Assembly: GCA_030673845.1 (NCBI GenBank)
Contig: JAUTCQ010000012.1
Span: 307,218 to 371,217 of the forward strand
From: Verrucomicrobiota bacterium JB022
GTDB taxonomy: Bacteria; Verrucomicrobiota; Verrucomicrobiia; Opitutales; Oceanipulchritudinaceae
Direction: 5' to 3'
Length of the DNA: 64,000 bases
Part shown: positions 1 through 9,494 of the stretch, piece after piece
How the letters are laid out: each line of letters opens with the position of its first letter
Position numbering within the stretch: position 1 is the first letter of the stretch
Made by a program: the position numbers and the translations under genes
The notes under the pieces: generated by a model
What the model was told of the DNA's origin: nothing
What the model saw: the letters and a program-made list of their open reading frames with translations, nothing else
The model's database searches: none

Positions 1-1
1 G

Positions 2-265
2 GTCGAATTCGACTATGCTGACGGCCTGGTGGAGACAGGTGCCCTGACGGATTTCCAGATCGCGGGAGAAGACCGTATCTTCCACCCGGCCAAGGCGACG
101 ATTACCGATCGCGATACCGTGCTGGTGTCTTCACCCGAAGTGCCTTCGCCCGTAGCGGTGCGCTTTGGCTGGAGCAATGCCACCAACCCCACCCTTTTCA
201 ATGCCGCCGGGCTCCCTGCCTCCACCTTCCGCACGGATGACTGGCCGCCGCCCGCCGCCGAATAA
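2..265 (+). CDS. 3' fragment (window-truncated) of a carbohydrate esterase; sialate O-acetylesterase-like C-terminal domain
   Basis: The frame is open from the window edge to TAA at 263-265. The C-terminal residues '...VAVRFGWSNATNPTLFNAAGLPASTFRTDDW' match the conserved tail of the SIAE / 9-O-acetylesterase family. The N-terminus lies outside the window. Confidence 0.55.
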   Translation, partial: VEFDYADGLVETGALTDFQIAGEDRIFHPAKATITDRDTVLVSSPEVPSPVAVRFGWSNATNPTLFNAAGLPASTFRTDDWPPPAAE

Positions 266-277
266 TCTGCTACCGAC

Positions 278-1453
278 ATGCACAAAACCCTTTGCCTACC
301 CATCCTGTTACTGGCCATGAACCACGTCACCGCCCATCCAGAACTCGTCGACCCCAAGGCCAATGCGCAGACCGTGGCGCTCTACGAGAACCTCCGGGCG
401 GTGGCGGCTGATCATGTGTTGTTTGGCGCCCAGAATACCACCGCCTACGGGCATGGCTGGGTAGGCAAACCGGGCGACGGCCAGTCCGACGTCAAGGCAG
501 TGACGGGCTCCTTCCCTGCCGTCTATGGCTGGGATCTGCAGGATCTCACACAAGCCTCTCACGTCGAGGAGCAAAGCTACAACCTCTCGCAGACCAACTT
601 AGTGGCGTGGTGCAAGGAAGCTTACGAACGCGGCGGCGTGATCACCTTTGCCTGGCACATGGAAAACCCCGTGACTGGCGGCAGCTTCTATGACTTGACG
701 CCTGCCGCCGCCACGATGTTGCCCGGTGGAGACAACCACCAGAGCTACCTCCAGACGCTGGACCGCGTGGCAGACTTCTTCAAGGAACTGGCGCCCGTGC
801 CCGTGATCTTCCGCCCTTTCCACGAACACAACGGAGACTGGTTCTGGTGGGGCAAGGGCTTTGTGACGGAGGAGGAATACATGCAGCTGTGGCGCATGAC
901 GGTCCACTACCTGCGCGATGAAAAGGGCGTGCACAACCTGCTCTATGCGTTCTCGCCCGACCGCAGCCGCATGGACCTGAGCGAGGGAGAAGAAGCCTAC
1001 TTTTACGCCTACCCGGGAGACGCTTACGTCGACATCCTGGGGATCGACAACTACTGGGATGTCGGCCACTCCGCCAACGAGGCCTCGCCCAAGCAAAACC
1101 ATGCCGATTTTGTGCGCAGCCTGGAGATGGTGGTGCAGTTGGCCACCGCGCGCGACAAGATCCCTGCCTTGACGGAAACGGGTATGGATACGCTGCCCAA
1201 CCCGCAGTGGTATACGGAGGTGTTGCTGGCCGGCCTGAATGCCAACGCCACGACCCGCCGCATTGCCTACGCGCAAGTGTGGCGCAATGCCAACAAGGAG
1301 CTGGAGGGCCGCGATCACTTTTACGTGCCCTACCCCGGCCACCCCGCCGCAGAAGACTTTGTGAAGTTCAAGCAGAGCGGGCTGATCCTGTTCGAGGACG
1401 AACTGCCCGACCTCTACCGCGAAACCAAGGCTGGCAAAGAAGCAAAGGAGTAG
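278..1453 (+). CDS. Glycoside hydrolase family 26 endo-beta-1,4-mannanase, secreted
   Basis: 391-aa ORF with an N-terminal signal peptide (MHKTLCLPILLLAMNHVTA). GH26 signature 'FRPFHEHNGDWFWWG' (RxxHExNxxWFWWG) and an upstream 'WHMENP' catalytic-region motif. Confidence 0.85.
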   Translation: MHKTLCLPILLLAMNHVTAHPELVDPKANAQTVALYENLRAVAADHVLFGAQNTTAYGHGWVGKPGDGQSDVKAVTGSFPAVYGWDLQDLTQASHVEEQSYNLSQTNLVAWCKEAYERGGVITFAWHMENPVTGGSFYDLTPAAATMLPGGDNHQSYLQTLDRVADFFKELAPVPVIFRPFHEHNGDWFWWGKGFVTEEEYMQLWRMTVHYLRDEKGVHNLLYAFSPDRSRMDLSEGEEAYFYAYPGDAYVDILGIDNYWDVGHSANEASPKQNHADFVRSLEMVVQLATARDKIPALTETGMDTLPNPQWYTEVLLAGLNANATTRRIAYAQVWRNANKELEGRDHFYVPYPGHPAAEDFVKFKQSGLILFEDELPDLYRETKAGKEAKE

Positions 1454-1456
1454 CGA

Positions 1457-2218
1457 CTACGCCCCGCTCTCGGCTTCCTGATCGAGTTCGAGGGCCAGCG
1501 CCAGCCCTGTGCGCAGGGCTTCTACGCGCTCGGCGGGCGTAAACGCACCGGGCGCCTCCAGCGTGTAGGAGACCGTCGGTGCACGTTTGACCAGCCAGAT
1601 GGCTTCGGGCCAGCCCTGCGGCTCGTCCGGCTCCGGCTCATGCAGGATCAGGCCCGGCGCGGCCAGGAGATGGTCGTCCACCGGGCCAGTAGTCTGCAAG
1701 CGGATGTGGCGGCCCAATCGCTCGGCTAGCGTTTGGGCAAAGCATGTATTGGAGCTGGTGTTGAGCGCGTAGAGGTAGAGCCCTTGCGCTTCCCAGTCTT
1801 CATGCAGCGAGAGGTGGAAAACGCAGGAGGCGGACTGCCGTTGCCACCACGCCACGAGCGCCTTGGCCTCGGCGCTGCGTTGCTGCAAAAAATCGCGATT
1901 AAGATCAATCCCGGCGTGATTCTCGCGGGTGCCGGCCACCAGCCCCGTGGGGTTCAGGGCGGGAGCAATGACCCACGAGCGGTGGGTCGGCAGCTCGTGT
2001 CGGCGCAGGTAGTCCAGCAAGGCCAACGGCCCTGCCGGCTCGTCGCCATGGATCCCGGCCGAAATAAAGCCGCGACAGCCGTCGACCACCTCGCCCGGGG
2101 TCTGCCAGATACGGATCGGCCCGACTGCCGTCTCCACCACCGTCTCACCCACGAGGCCCCGCTGCGCTGCGGTCGCCTCGAAGTCGGCCAGATATTGGGG
2201 ATAGTCGAACGGTTTCAT
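1457..2218 (-). CDS. Succinylglutamate desuccinylase/aspartoacylase (AstE/AspA) family zinc hydrolase (M14-like)
   Basis: Zn-binding motif 'AGIHGDEPAG' and a downstream 'NPTG...NLNRDF'-like segment, typical of PF04952 / M14-like carboxypeptidases. The start is taken at MKPFDYP (13 codons inside the longest ORF). Confidence 0.65.
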   Translation of the reverse strand: MKPFDYPQYLADFEATAAQRGLVGETVVETAVGPIRIWQTPGEVVDGCRGFISAGIHGDEPAGPLALLDYLRRHELPTHRSWVIAPALNPTGLVAGTRENHAGIDLNRDFLQQRSAEAKALVAWWQRQSASCVFHLSLHEDWEAQGLYLYALNTSSNTCFAQTLAERLGRHIRLQTTGPVDDHLLAAPGLILHEPEPDEPQGWPEAIWLVKRAPTVSYTLEAPGAFTPAERVEALRTGLALALELDQEAESGA

Positions 2219-2889
2219 GGCATTACCCCCCTGCAAGGGAGTCTGCCTAACTTCATTTCACGCTCGGCGGCGATCCGCAAGCGAAAGAGCCCCGCCTGCA
2301 TCCAGACCTCTAGCTTCAATGGACGGTATTCAAGGTCTTCCCAAACGATCGGGGTGCGCTTCTCTGCGCAACTCCCGATCAGGATTTTTGAACGAAGGCA
2401 CGCTTGAGGTCACGAGAGCTAGCGAAGGAACCAAAGTAAACGTGCAAACTTAGCTCAGAGGTTGTGACGGTAGCGTAACGCCAGGCCGGTTAAGCTAATC
2501 TGTTCAACAATACTATGAGTGCCAAATTTGAACGTTATAAAATCAAACAGTTTGCGCCAGCACCGCTGTAAATTCCTTCCAGAATGCTTCAGACAACCGA
2601 AAACCTGAAGATTTGCCCCCGCAGAAACAGCGAGAAGTAAAAACAAAAAATGCTCGCAAACCCGCAGCGGCAGCGAAATCGCACCGGCCTCCCCGTTACG
2701 ACCGACCCGGCGAATCAGCCAATATAACCAAATCTAATTCGCATCATCAGCATATCAACGCCGCCTAATTGACTCTTCTTGCATCAGTTTCCTTTTCGCC
2801 AAAAAGTTACGATAAAGGCGTTGTGCCGAGAGGGAGGATGAGCCTTATCCTCGGTCCTGAATCCGTGACCTTCGTTTGATTTCTCTCAC

Positions 2890-3702
2890 ATGAATAAGTT
2901 CCTTGCCTCTCTCTCGATCCTGGGTGTCGCTGCGGCTAGCCAAGCCTATGCGCTCTGGGGCGTTAGTGCCGACAATTCGCTGATCAAGTTCGATGCCAGC
3001 AATCCGAGCGTGATCCAGAGCCGCACGGCCATTACCGGGCTGAACGATCCGTTCGCGTCGATCCTCGACTTCGACTACAACCCCAACGACGGCTATTTCT
3101 ACGGCGTCGACACCGGCGCGAACGTTTACCGCATCCGCTCCAACGGCGTTGCGACCCAGATCGGCAGCTTTGGCCCCAGCGGCTACGACGCCGATATGGC
3201 CTACGATCCGTTCTTTGGCAACTTCCGCTGGGTCAGCGATTTCGCCGAGAATGCGATGCTCGAGCTCGATGGCTCCTTCAGCTTTGGCGGCGACTTCTTT
3301 TACAGCGTCGACGACGTGAACTTCGGCAATACGCCTTCGCTGACCGGCATCGGGATCGACCCCGACTTCGGCGAAATGTACATGATCGATCCCGAGCTCG
3401 ACGTGCTGGTGCAGACCTTCGACCCCGATGGCGGCGAACTCTTCACCATCGGCAGTCTCGGCCTCGACATCACCGGCTTCTCCTCGTTGGTGATCGACGA
3501 CAATGGCAACCTGTTTGCCGCCCTGTCCGTCGACGGCTTCACCTCCGGCCTCTACTCGATCGATCTGATGACCGGCGCCGCCACCTGGATCGGCGAATTC
3601 GGCGAAGGCATCAACGCCATCGCCGTGCCGGAGCCCCGCGTCTACGCCGCCCTCGCCGGGCTGCTCGCGCTGGGCCTCGCCGTAATCCGCCGCCGCCGCT
3701 AA
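2890..3702 (+). CDS. PEP-CTERM-anchored secreted protein (exosortase substrate)
   Basis: Signal peptide MNKFLASLSILGVAAASQA. The C-terminus 'VPEPRVYAALAGLLALGLAVIRRRR' is a PEP motif followed by a hydrophobic helix and an Arg cluster. The Gly/Asp-rich beta-type body has no enzyme motifs. Confidence 0.75.
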   Translation: MNKFLASLSILGVAAASQAYALWGVSADNSLIKFDASNPSVIQSRTAITGLNDPFASILDFDYNPNDGYFYGVDTGANVYRIRSNGVATQIGSFGPSGYDADMAYDPFFGNFRWVSDFAENAMLELDGSFSFGGDFFYSVDDVNFGNTPSLTGIGIDPDFGEMYMIDPELDVLVQTFDPDGGELFTIGSLGLDITGFSSLVIDDNGNLFAALSVDGFTSGLYSIDLMTGAATWIGEFGEGINAIAVPEPRVYAALAGLLALGLAVIRRRR

Positions 3703-3722
3703 GGCCGCGCATTTTCTCCTGA

Positions 3723-5366
3723 TTGTCTTCGTTACTTAGGTCTCTCATGAAGTATACCCTCCTCCTCCTTGGCGCGACGACCTTGTCCGCGTCTCTCTTC
3801 GGCGGTTACAAGACCACCGAGCCCTCCTACCTGAACGCCGTCGCTGGTGCCGACTTCACTTTCGAAGCGTTGTTGACCACCGGTGACCGGATCCCGATGA
3901 CGGGTGGCACGCCGAGCGAAGAATACACGATGGTCGGCATTCCCGACGCGATGGGCATCTATCGCGACCCGGTCACCGCCGAGCCGATCCTGTTCCTTGC
4001 TCACGAGCTGCCCAGTGGCCGCACTTCCCAGCCGATCGTCGGCGGCGACACCTACATTGGTTCCCTCGTCTCCCGCTTTGTGCTCGACTCGACCGATGGC
4101 TCCCTCGTGAGTGGCGGCCTCGCTCACCAGGCCCTCTACCTCGAGAACGCCTTCTACAGCCCCGAGCCTCCCAAGCAAGGCGACTCCACGTCCTTTACCC
4201 GTTTTTGCTCCGGCTCGTTCGCGGGCCCGATGCACGGGATGGATCGCCCGATCTTCCTCACCAACGAGGAAAGCAGCGGCGGCACCTTCGACGCAGCCGG
4301 CTCCCAAGCCGTGGCCATCTTCGACGGCGAGATGCACACCCTGCCGGCTCTTGGCCGTGTAGTGCGTGAAACGACCATCGTTCAGCCCCGCCGCGACCGC
4401 TACTCCGTAGTGATCTCGTCCGAAGACGGTGGCTTTCCTTCCTACGTTTACATGTATGTGGGCACCAAGCAGCGCTCGGGCGATGCGCTGACCAAGAATG
4501 GCTTCACCGGTGGCAAGATCTACGTGCTCGGCGGTAATGGTGCCGACGCTGGCAAGAATGCCTCCACCTTCACCGAAGGCTCGATCAATGCCCGTTGGAT
4601 CGAAGTGCCCAACGCCGCCAACCTGACCGACGCCGAGCTGAAGCTGGCTGCCGACGCGGCGGGTGGTTTCGGCTTTGTGCGCGTGGAAGATATGGAATTC
4701 GACCCGCAAGACCCGACCCGTCGCCTCTTCGTCGCCACCACGGGTGGTTACGGCCCAAACAGGCTCGGTCGTCTCTACGAAGTGAGCATCAACCCGCGCC
4801 AGCCTTGGGCCACGGGGTCGATGGACGTGATCTACAACTCCGACCTCGTCGTGACCCCTGGCGGCACGATGCAGAACGCCTTCTCCGGCCCCTTCTACTC
4901 CGCCAATGGCGGGACGGAAGTGCAGCCCGAGTATGTGGGTGGCGATATCAATTCCGGCATCAACTACCCGGTGAGCATCGACAATATCGCGGTGAACGAT
5001 AACTACATCGTGATCTGCGAAGACACGAACAGCCCGGCCAATGCCGTCTACGCCCAATACAGCCGCAACGGCGGCGTGTGGACGCTCGATCGCAACAATG
5101 GCTACGCCGCCAAGTTCCAGTCGCAGTTCAACCTGGATTACGCCGAAGCTCGCGACAATGTGAGCCTCAGCGCCGGCCAGTGGGAAGCCTCCGGTGTGAT
5201 CGACGCCAGCGCCATCTTCGGCCCGGACACCTTCGTGATCAACGTCCAGGCCCACGGCACCGACCGCACAAACGCTCCCGACGGCATGGGCGGCTACCTT
5301 ACCAAGCAGCAAGCGGACGCCCGCTTTGCCGAAGACGGCCAGCTGCTGATCATGCGCGCGAACTAA
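3723..5366 (+). CDS. PhoX-like / DUF839 family secreted phosphatase-like protein
   Basis: 547 aa with an N-terminal signal-like segment (MKYTLLLLGATTLSA). Motifs resemble PhoX: 'RFCSGSFAG' (cf. NCAGGxTPWGT), 'IFLTNEESSGG' (cf. LTCEEN), 'DNIAVNDNYIVICEDT', and the C-terminal 'FGPDTFVINVQAHG' (cf. FSPDGKTLFVNIQHPG). It lies 21 nt downstream of the PEP-CTERM gene. An alternative start exists at M9. Confidence 0.65.
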   Translation: MSSLLRSLMKYTLLLLGATTLSASLFGGYKTTEPSYLNAVAGADFTFEALLTTGDRIPMTGGTPSEEYTMVGIPDAMGIYRDPVTAEPILFLAHELPSGRTSQPIVGGDTYIGSLVSRFVLDSTDGSLVSGGLAHQALYLENAFYSPEPPKQGDSTSFTRFCSGSFAGPMHGMDRPIFLTNEESSGGTFDAAGSQAVAIFDGEMHTLPALGRVVRETTIVQPRRDRYSVVISSEDGGFPSYVYMYVGTKQRSGDALTKNGFTGGKIYVLGGNGADAGKNASTFTEGSINARWIEVPNAANLTDAELKLAADAAGGFGFVRVEDMEFDPQDPTRRLFVATTGGYGPNRLGRLYEVSINPRQPWATGSMDVIYNSDLVVTPGGTMQNAFSGPFYSANGGTEVQPEYVGGDINSGINYPVSIDNIAVNDNYIVICEDTNSPANAVYAQYSRNGGVWTLDRNNGYAAKFQSQFNLDYAEARDNVSLSAGQWEASGVIDASAIFGPDTFVINVQAHGTDRTNAPDGMGGYLTKQQADARFAEDGQLLIMRAN

Positions 5367-5393
5367 GCTTCGTCGCCTTCTAACGTTTCCCGC

Positions 5394-5422
5394 CATCCGA
5401 CTGGTCCTATCCCGGTCGGATG
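5394..5422. terminator. Inverted repeat / stem-loop (CATCCGAC-N13-GTCGGATG) between phoX-like and SPFH operon
   Basis: Perfect 8-bp arms are seen in the sequence. There is no strong U-tract after it. It is a possible terminator, attenuator or operator. Confidence 0.35.
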
Positions 5423-5468
5423 TGCCTGTCTCCCGAGTTCGCTTCGCATCCTGACCTGACTTCTTCCC

Positions 5469-7388
5469 ATGCCTTCAACTGCCACCACCGCCAAAGCTCC
5501 GGCCTGGGGCTGGATCCTGACCAGTCTGAGCGCCTTGGAAGCGGTCGTCTTTGCCCTGCTGGCCCACTTCCAGCAATTGCCTTTCGCCTATCCCGTAGCG
5601 GCCCTAGCCACCTGGGTGGCAGCCCTGCAGCTAAACCTGCTCCTGCCACCGGCCACCCCTGCCGTTGCCGCCCGGCCCAAGGGGTTCTGGGCGCGCCTGC
5701 TGCATCGCCTGCGTCAGATCCTCCCTGACACCATGCGCGCTTTTCGCCGCTGCCTGGTCGCGACCGGCGCGCTGGCGGCTTTGGCGCTCATGCTGCCTTT
5801 CCTCCTGCAGATCCGCGCGGGGCTGCACGCCTCGGAGACGCTGGAGCAGATGAATTTCCCTGCGGTGGTGCTGCTCGTGGCGGCCTTCCTCGGCTACTTC
5901 GGGCGTCTCTATGCCCAGCTCTCCGAGCCCGATGCCGACCGCGTCGCGCAGCTGCGCCTCGATGTATTGGGCGGGGTCCACCAGCTCGCCGCAGCCGTGT
6001 TTGGCCTGCTGGCGGTGGTCCTGTTTGTGGAGCTGTATGCCGGGTTGCTGATCCACCCCTGGGTAGCTCTGGTCTTGTGCCTGCTGCTTGGCTTCTGGAT
6101 CATCGAAACACTGCTGCGCTGGGCCCTGCGCTTTTACCAGCCGCGCCGCATCTGGCTGCAGGCGCCTCCACTGGGCACCACCCAGCCCATGCGCCTGCTG
6201 ATACCCCGCAGCCACCCGCTGTGGCAACGCGTGGACGTGGGCGATGCAGAAGCACTCTTCAAGCTGTCGGAGATGTGGTTTTTGCCCAGCATCCTGCGTG
6301 CACTGCCCGCCCTCGCGGCTACGGTCGCCGTCCTGAGCTGGGTGGCATCGTCTTTCCATAGCGTGCCACTGGGCCACCAAGGGCTGCACCAGCACCTTGG
6401 CCGGACGCAAGACCAACTGCTGCAACCGGGCCTGCACGTCACCCTCCCCTTCCCGTTTGGCCGGGTCGAGACCATTCCCGCCGACGAGTTGCGCATGGTC
6501 GTGCTCGGGCTACAGGCCGACACCGGCGAGCCGATCCTCTGGAATCGCGACCATTATGTGGGCGAGGTCAACCAACTCGTGGGGGTGGGCGAAGAGCTGC
6601 TGACGATCAGCGTGCCGATCTACTACCACATCAAAGACCCGCGCAGCTACTTCCTGAATACGACCAACCCGGAAGTCACCGTCTCGCAAGCCGGTTATCA
6701 GGCGCTTTTGCACCACACGTTGCACGAATCGGCCTTCGGCATCATGACAACCGAGCGCGAGGACCTGCAGCAGGCGTTGCATGAAGCGATCCAGGCCGAG
6801 CTCGACTCCAAGCAGTCGGGCATCTCGATCGACCTCGTGTGCCTGCGCGACATCCACCCGCCGGTCGAAGTCGGCCCGAGCTACCAGGAAGTCGTGAGCG
6901 CAGAGGAAGACCGCGAGGCATATATCCACGATGGTCAGGCCTACCAGAGCCAGAACCTCCCGCGCGCCCAGTCTCAGCAGTTCAAGCTGATGGCGCAGGC
7001 CGATGCCAAGCATGCCGAGCGCGTCTCCCAGGCGAACGGCGAGGCCAACAGCTTCCTGAGCGTAGAGGCCAGTTATCAGGATGCGCCGGAAGTCTTTCGC
7101 GTGCGCAAGACCTATGAGGCCTTCGACGAGAGCCTCAGCGGCGTCAAAAAGCTGGTGGTCGACGAGAGCTTCCAGGGCTCCATCCCCGCCTACATCGACG
7201 TGCGCAAGACGCTCAACCCCGATTTGATCAACGAAAGCATCCCGGCCGTGCAGACGCTCATCCCTGCCCTGCAGGCCAAGCCTACCGAATTTGACCGCGC
7301 CGTCGATGGCTACCTGCGGGCCGGCACGGGTGCCATCCCGGCCGTCAACCCGCGCCAGGCCGACGCAGACTACCTTCTGGAGGAATAA
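5469..7388 (+). CDS. SPFH/band-7 domain protein (HflK-like) with a large N-terminal polytopic membrane domain
   Basis: 639 aa. Residues 1-~300 contain multiple hydrophobic helices. They are followed by an SPFH-like core and a charged helical tail (…AEEDREAYIHDGQAYQSQ…). It is the first gene of a tightly packed operon. Confidence 0.7.
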   Translation: MPSTATTAKAPAWGWILTSLSALEAVVFALLAHFQQLPFAYPVAALATWVAALQLNLLLPPATPAVAARPKGFWARLLHRLRQILPDTMRAFRRCLVATGALAALALMLPFLLQIRAGLHASETLEQMNFPAVVLLVAAFLGYFGRLYAQLSEPDADRVAQLRLDVLGGVHQLAAAVFGLLAVVLFVELYAGLLIHPWVALVLCLLLGFWIIETLLRWALRFYQPRRIWLQAPPLGTTQPMRLLIPRSHPLWQRVDVGDAEALFKLSEMWFLPSILRALPALAATVAVLSWVASSFHSVPLGHQGLHQHLGRTQDQLLQPGLHVTLPFPFGRVETIPADELRMVVLGLQADTGEPILWNRDHYVGEVNQLVGVGEELLTISVPIYYHIKDPRSYFLNTTNPEVTVSQAGYQALLHHTLHESAFGIMTTEREDLQQALHEAIQAELDSKQSGISIDLVCLRDIHPPVEVGPSYQEVVSAEEDREAYIHDGQAYQSQNLPRAQSQQFKLMAQADAKHAERVSQANGEANSFLSVEASYQDAPEVFRVRKTYEAFDESLSGVKKLVVDESFQGSIPAYIDVRKTLNPDLINESIPAVQTLIPALQAKPTEFDRAVDGYLRAGTGAIPAVNPRQADADYLLEE

Positions 7389-7391
7389 CCC

Positions 7392-8405
7392 ATGAGCTCC
7401 GAAAGCAACGAAACACCTTCGCGCCAATGGCTCGGTCGCCTCGCCCTCTTTGGGCTGGGGGCTGTCGTCGTCACCCTCACCTCAGCCAGCTTTATGCTGC
7501 GCGACAACGAGCGGGGCGTCGTGCTGCGCTTCGGCAAGCCGGTGCGCGAAGTCGACCAGGCGGGCTGGTATGCCAAGCTGCCCTGGCCGATGGAACAGGT
7601 CGAGCGTATCGACAGTCGCCTCCAATACGGCGAGATCCGCCTTTCCGAGACGCTGACACGCGACAAGCGCAACATCATCGTGCCGATGTACTACGCCTGG
7701 CGCGTGGAAGACCCGCTGCAATTTCTCCGCAGCGTCGGCACGCTGGAGTCGGGCAACGAAAAGCTGGACGCAATCATCTCCAGCGCCCGCAATTCCGCGC
7801 TGGGCCGTACCGATTACGCCTCCCTCGTATCGGTAGAAGAGAGCCGCGAGACGATGGCGGCGCTCGAAGGGCAAATCCTTGCCCAGGCCAGCGCCGACGC
7901 CCGCGAATACCTCGGCATCGGCCTGAGCAGCGTGGGCGTATTGCAGCTCAACCTGCCGGAGAACAACACCGAGTCGGTCTTCCGCCGGATGCGGGCCGAA
8001 CGCAAGCGCGAGGCCTCCCAATACCGCGCCGAGGGCAAGAGCGAAGCCGAACGCCTGCGCGCCGATACCGACAAGCAAACGGCTATCCTCCTCGCCGAGG
8101 CCAAACGCTACGCCGAGGAAAAACACGGTGAGGCCGAGGCCACGGCCGCACGCATCTACGCCAGCGCCCACAGTCAGGATCTTGAGTTTTACCTCTTCAT
8201 GCGTCAGCTCCAGAGCCTGCGCTCGGTCGTCGACCAGAATACGACCCTTTTGCTCGATACCAGCACCCCGCCCTTCAGCCTGATCAAGCCAAGCGGGGAG
8301 ATGGAGGCCCAGATGATCCGCACCCAGCAGGTGCCGACCCGCAAGGGCCTGCCCGCCGCCGCCGCGATCGGCCTCGACCCGGAGGACACTCCCGATGCGC
8401 CGTAA
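7392..8405 (+). CDS. SPFH/band-7 domain protein (HflC-like)
   Basis: 337 aa with a single N-terminal TM (LALFGLGAVVVTLTSASFML). The SPFH core contains 'ERGVVLRFGKP'. It is followed by E/R/A-rich coiled-coil helices. The start lies 4 nt after the previous stop. Confidence 0.75.
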   Translation: MSSESNETPSRQWLGRLALFGLGAVVVTLTSASFMLRDNERGVVLRFGKPVREVDQAGWYAKLPWPMEQVERIDSRLQYGEIRLSETLTRDKRNIIVPMYYAWRVEDPLQFLRSVGTLESGNEKLDAIISSARNSALGRTDYASLVSVEESRETMAALEGQILAQASADAREYLGIGLSSVGVLQLNLPENNTESVFRRMRAERKREASQYRAEGKSEAERLRADTDKQTAILLAEAKRYAEEKHGEAEATAARIYASAHSQDLEFYLFMRQLQSLRSVVDQNTTLLLDTSTPPFSLIKPSGEMEAQMIRTQQVPTRKGLPAAAAIGLDPEDTPDAP

Positions 8406-9492
8406 GCAACGCCAGAATCAGGACGGGCTGATGGTTGCTGCCCTCCTCCTCACGCTCAAGAACCTCAAGCCTGCCGCCTTGTGGGTGTTCCTGCTGCTGC
8501 TGGGGCTCTATACCGCCTCCGGCGTGCGCACGGTGGGGCCGAGCGAGACAGGCCTGTTGCTGCGCTTCGGCAAGCTGCAGCCCAAGACCTACGAGGCGGG
8601 CCTCGTCTTTGGCCTGCCCGAGCCTTTTGACGAACTGGTATTGGTCCAGACCGGAGCCGAGCACAGCCTGACGCTCGAAGCCTGGGCCTCCGGCGGCAAG
8701 AAGATCGGCGACCCCGACCGCGAATACCAGTATACCCTGGAGGAGGTGAGCAACTGGATGGCCGAAAACGGCGGCAACATGCCCCCCACCCGGAAGGTGA
8801 CAGTCGACGGTGCCACGATGCTCAACCCAATCGTCGACGGCTATACGCTGACGGGCGACCGCAATATCCTGCAGGCCCGCTTTACCTTGCGCTATCGCAT
8901 TCACGATCCGGTGGCATATTTCCGCCTCGGCGAGCGCCGCGACGAGCTGATTGGCGGCCTGCTCTACCAGAGCGCCACTCACACGCTGGCCGAAATGCGG
9001 ATCGACGATTGCCTGACGGAGAAGCGCGACCAGTTGATCGAGCGGGTCGAAAGCGGTGCGCAGGCCAAGGCCGATGCGCTGAGCCTCGGCATCACGTTGA
9101 CCGCTTGCGAGCTGCAGGAGCTTTCCCCTCCGCGCCAAGTGCTGGCGGCCTTCGAAGACGTGATCAACGCCCAGATGTTTGCCAAGACGCTGCTGGAAAA
9201 TGCCCGCGAATACCAGGCCAACAGCCTGACGCAGGCTGCCGGACAGTCCGAAGCCATCCGCCGCCGCGCCGAAGCCTACGCCCAAAACCTCGTCGCCAAA
9301 AGCGAGGGCGAGGCTGAAGCCTTCCGTTCCTTTTACGCCGAATACCAGGAGCACCCGCACGCCGTGCTCTCGCGCGTCTACCTCGACTCGCTCGACTACG
9401 TGATGCAGCAGGCCCAGTCCTCCGCCCTTTTTGGCTCCGACCACGCCCAGCCGACGCTCTTCATCGAGCCGTCGCCCAAATACTCGCGCTAG
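8395..9492 (+). CDS. SPFH/band-7 domain protein (HflK-like)
   Basis: 365 aa with an N-terminal TM (MVAALLLTLKNL…VFLLLLGLYTA) and the SPFH motif 'ETGLLLRFGKLQ'. A C-terminal helical region follows. It overlaps the previous gene by 11 nt, which indicates translational coupling. Confidence 0.75.
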   Translation: MRRKQRQNQDGLMVAALLLTLKNLKPAALWVFLLLLGLYTASGVRTVGPSETGLLLRFGKLQPKTYEAGLVFGLPEPFDELVLVQTGAEHSLTLEAWASGGKKIGDPDREYQYTLEEVSNWMAENGGNMPPTRKVTVDGATMLNPIVDGYTLTGDRNILQARFTLRYRIHDPVAYFRLGERRDELIGGLLYQSATHTLAEMRIDDCLTEKRDQLIERVESGAQAKADALSLGITLTACELQELSPPRQVLAAFEDVINAQMFAKTLLENAREYQANSLTQAAGQSEAIRRRAEAYAQNLVAKSEGEAEAFRSFYAEYQEHPHAVLSRVYLDSLDYVMQQAQSSALFGSDHAQPTLFIEPSPKYSR

Positions 9493-9494
9493 CC

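Noticed and set aside
2441-2520. tRNA-like D-arm-like string 'cttagctcagaggttgtgacgg'
   Set aside because: I could not fold a cloverleaf. There is no anticodon stem/loop or T-arm (GTTC) in register. It is probably fortuitous.
3732-5396. 554-aa ORF on the minus strand, antisense to the PhoX-like gene
   Set aside because: It is an R/G/A-rich low-complexity translation, typical of the antisense frame of a high-GC gene, with no domain motifs. The sense-strand gene has clear family motifs.
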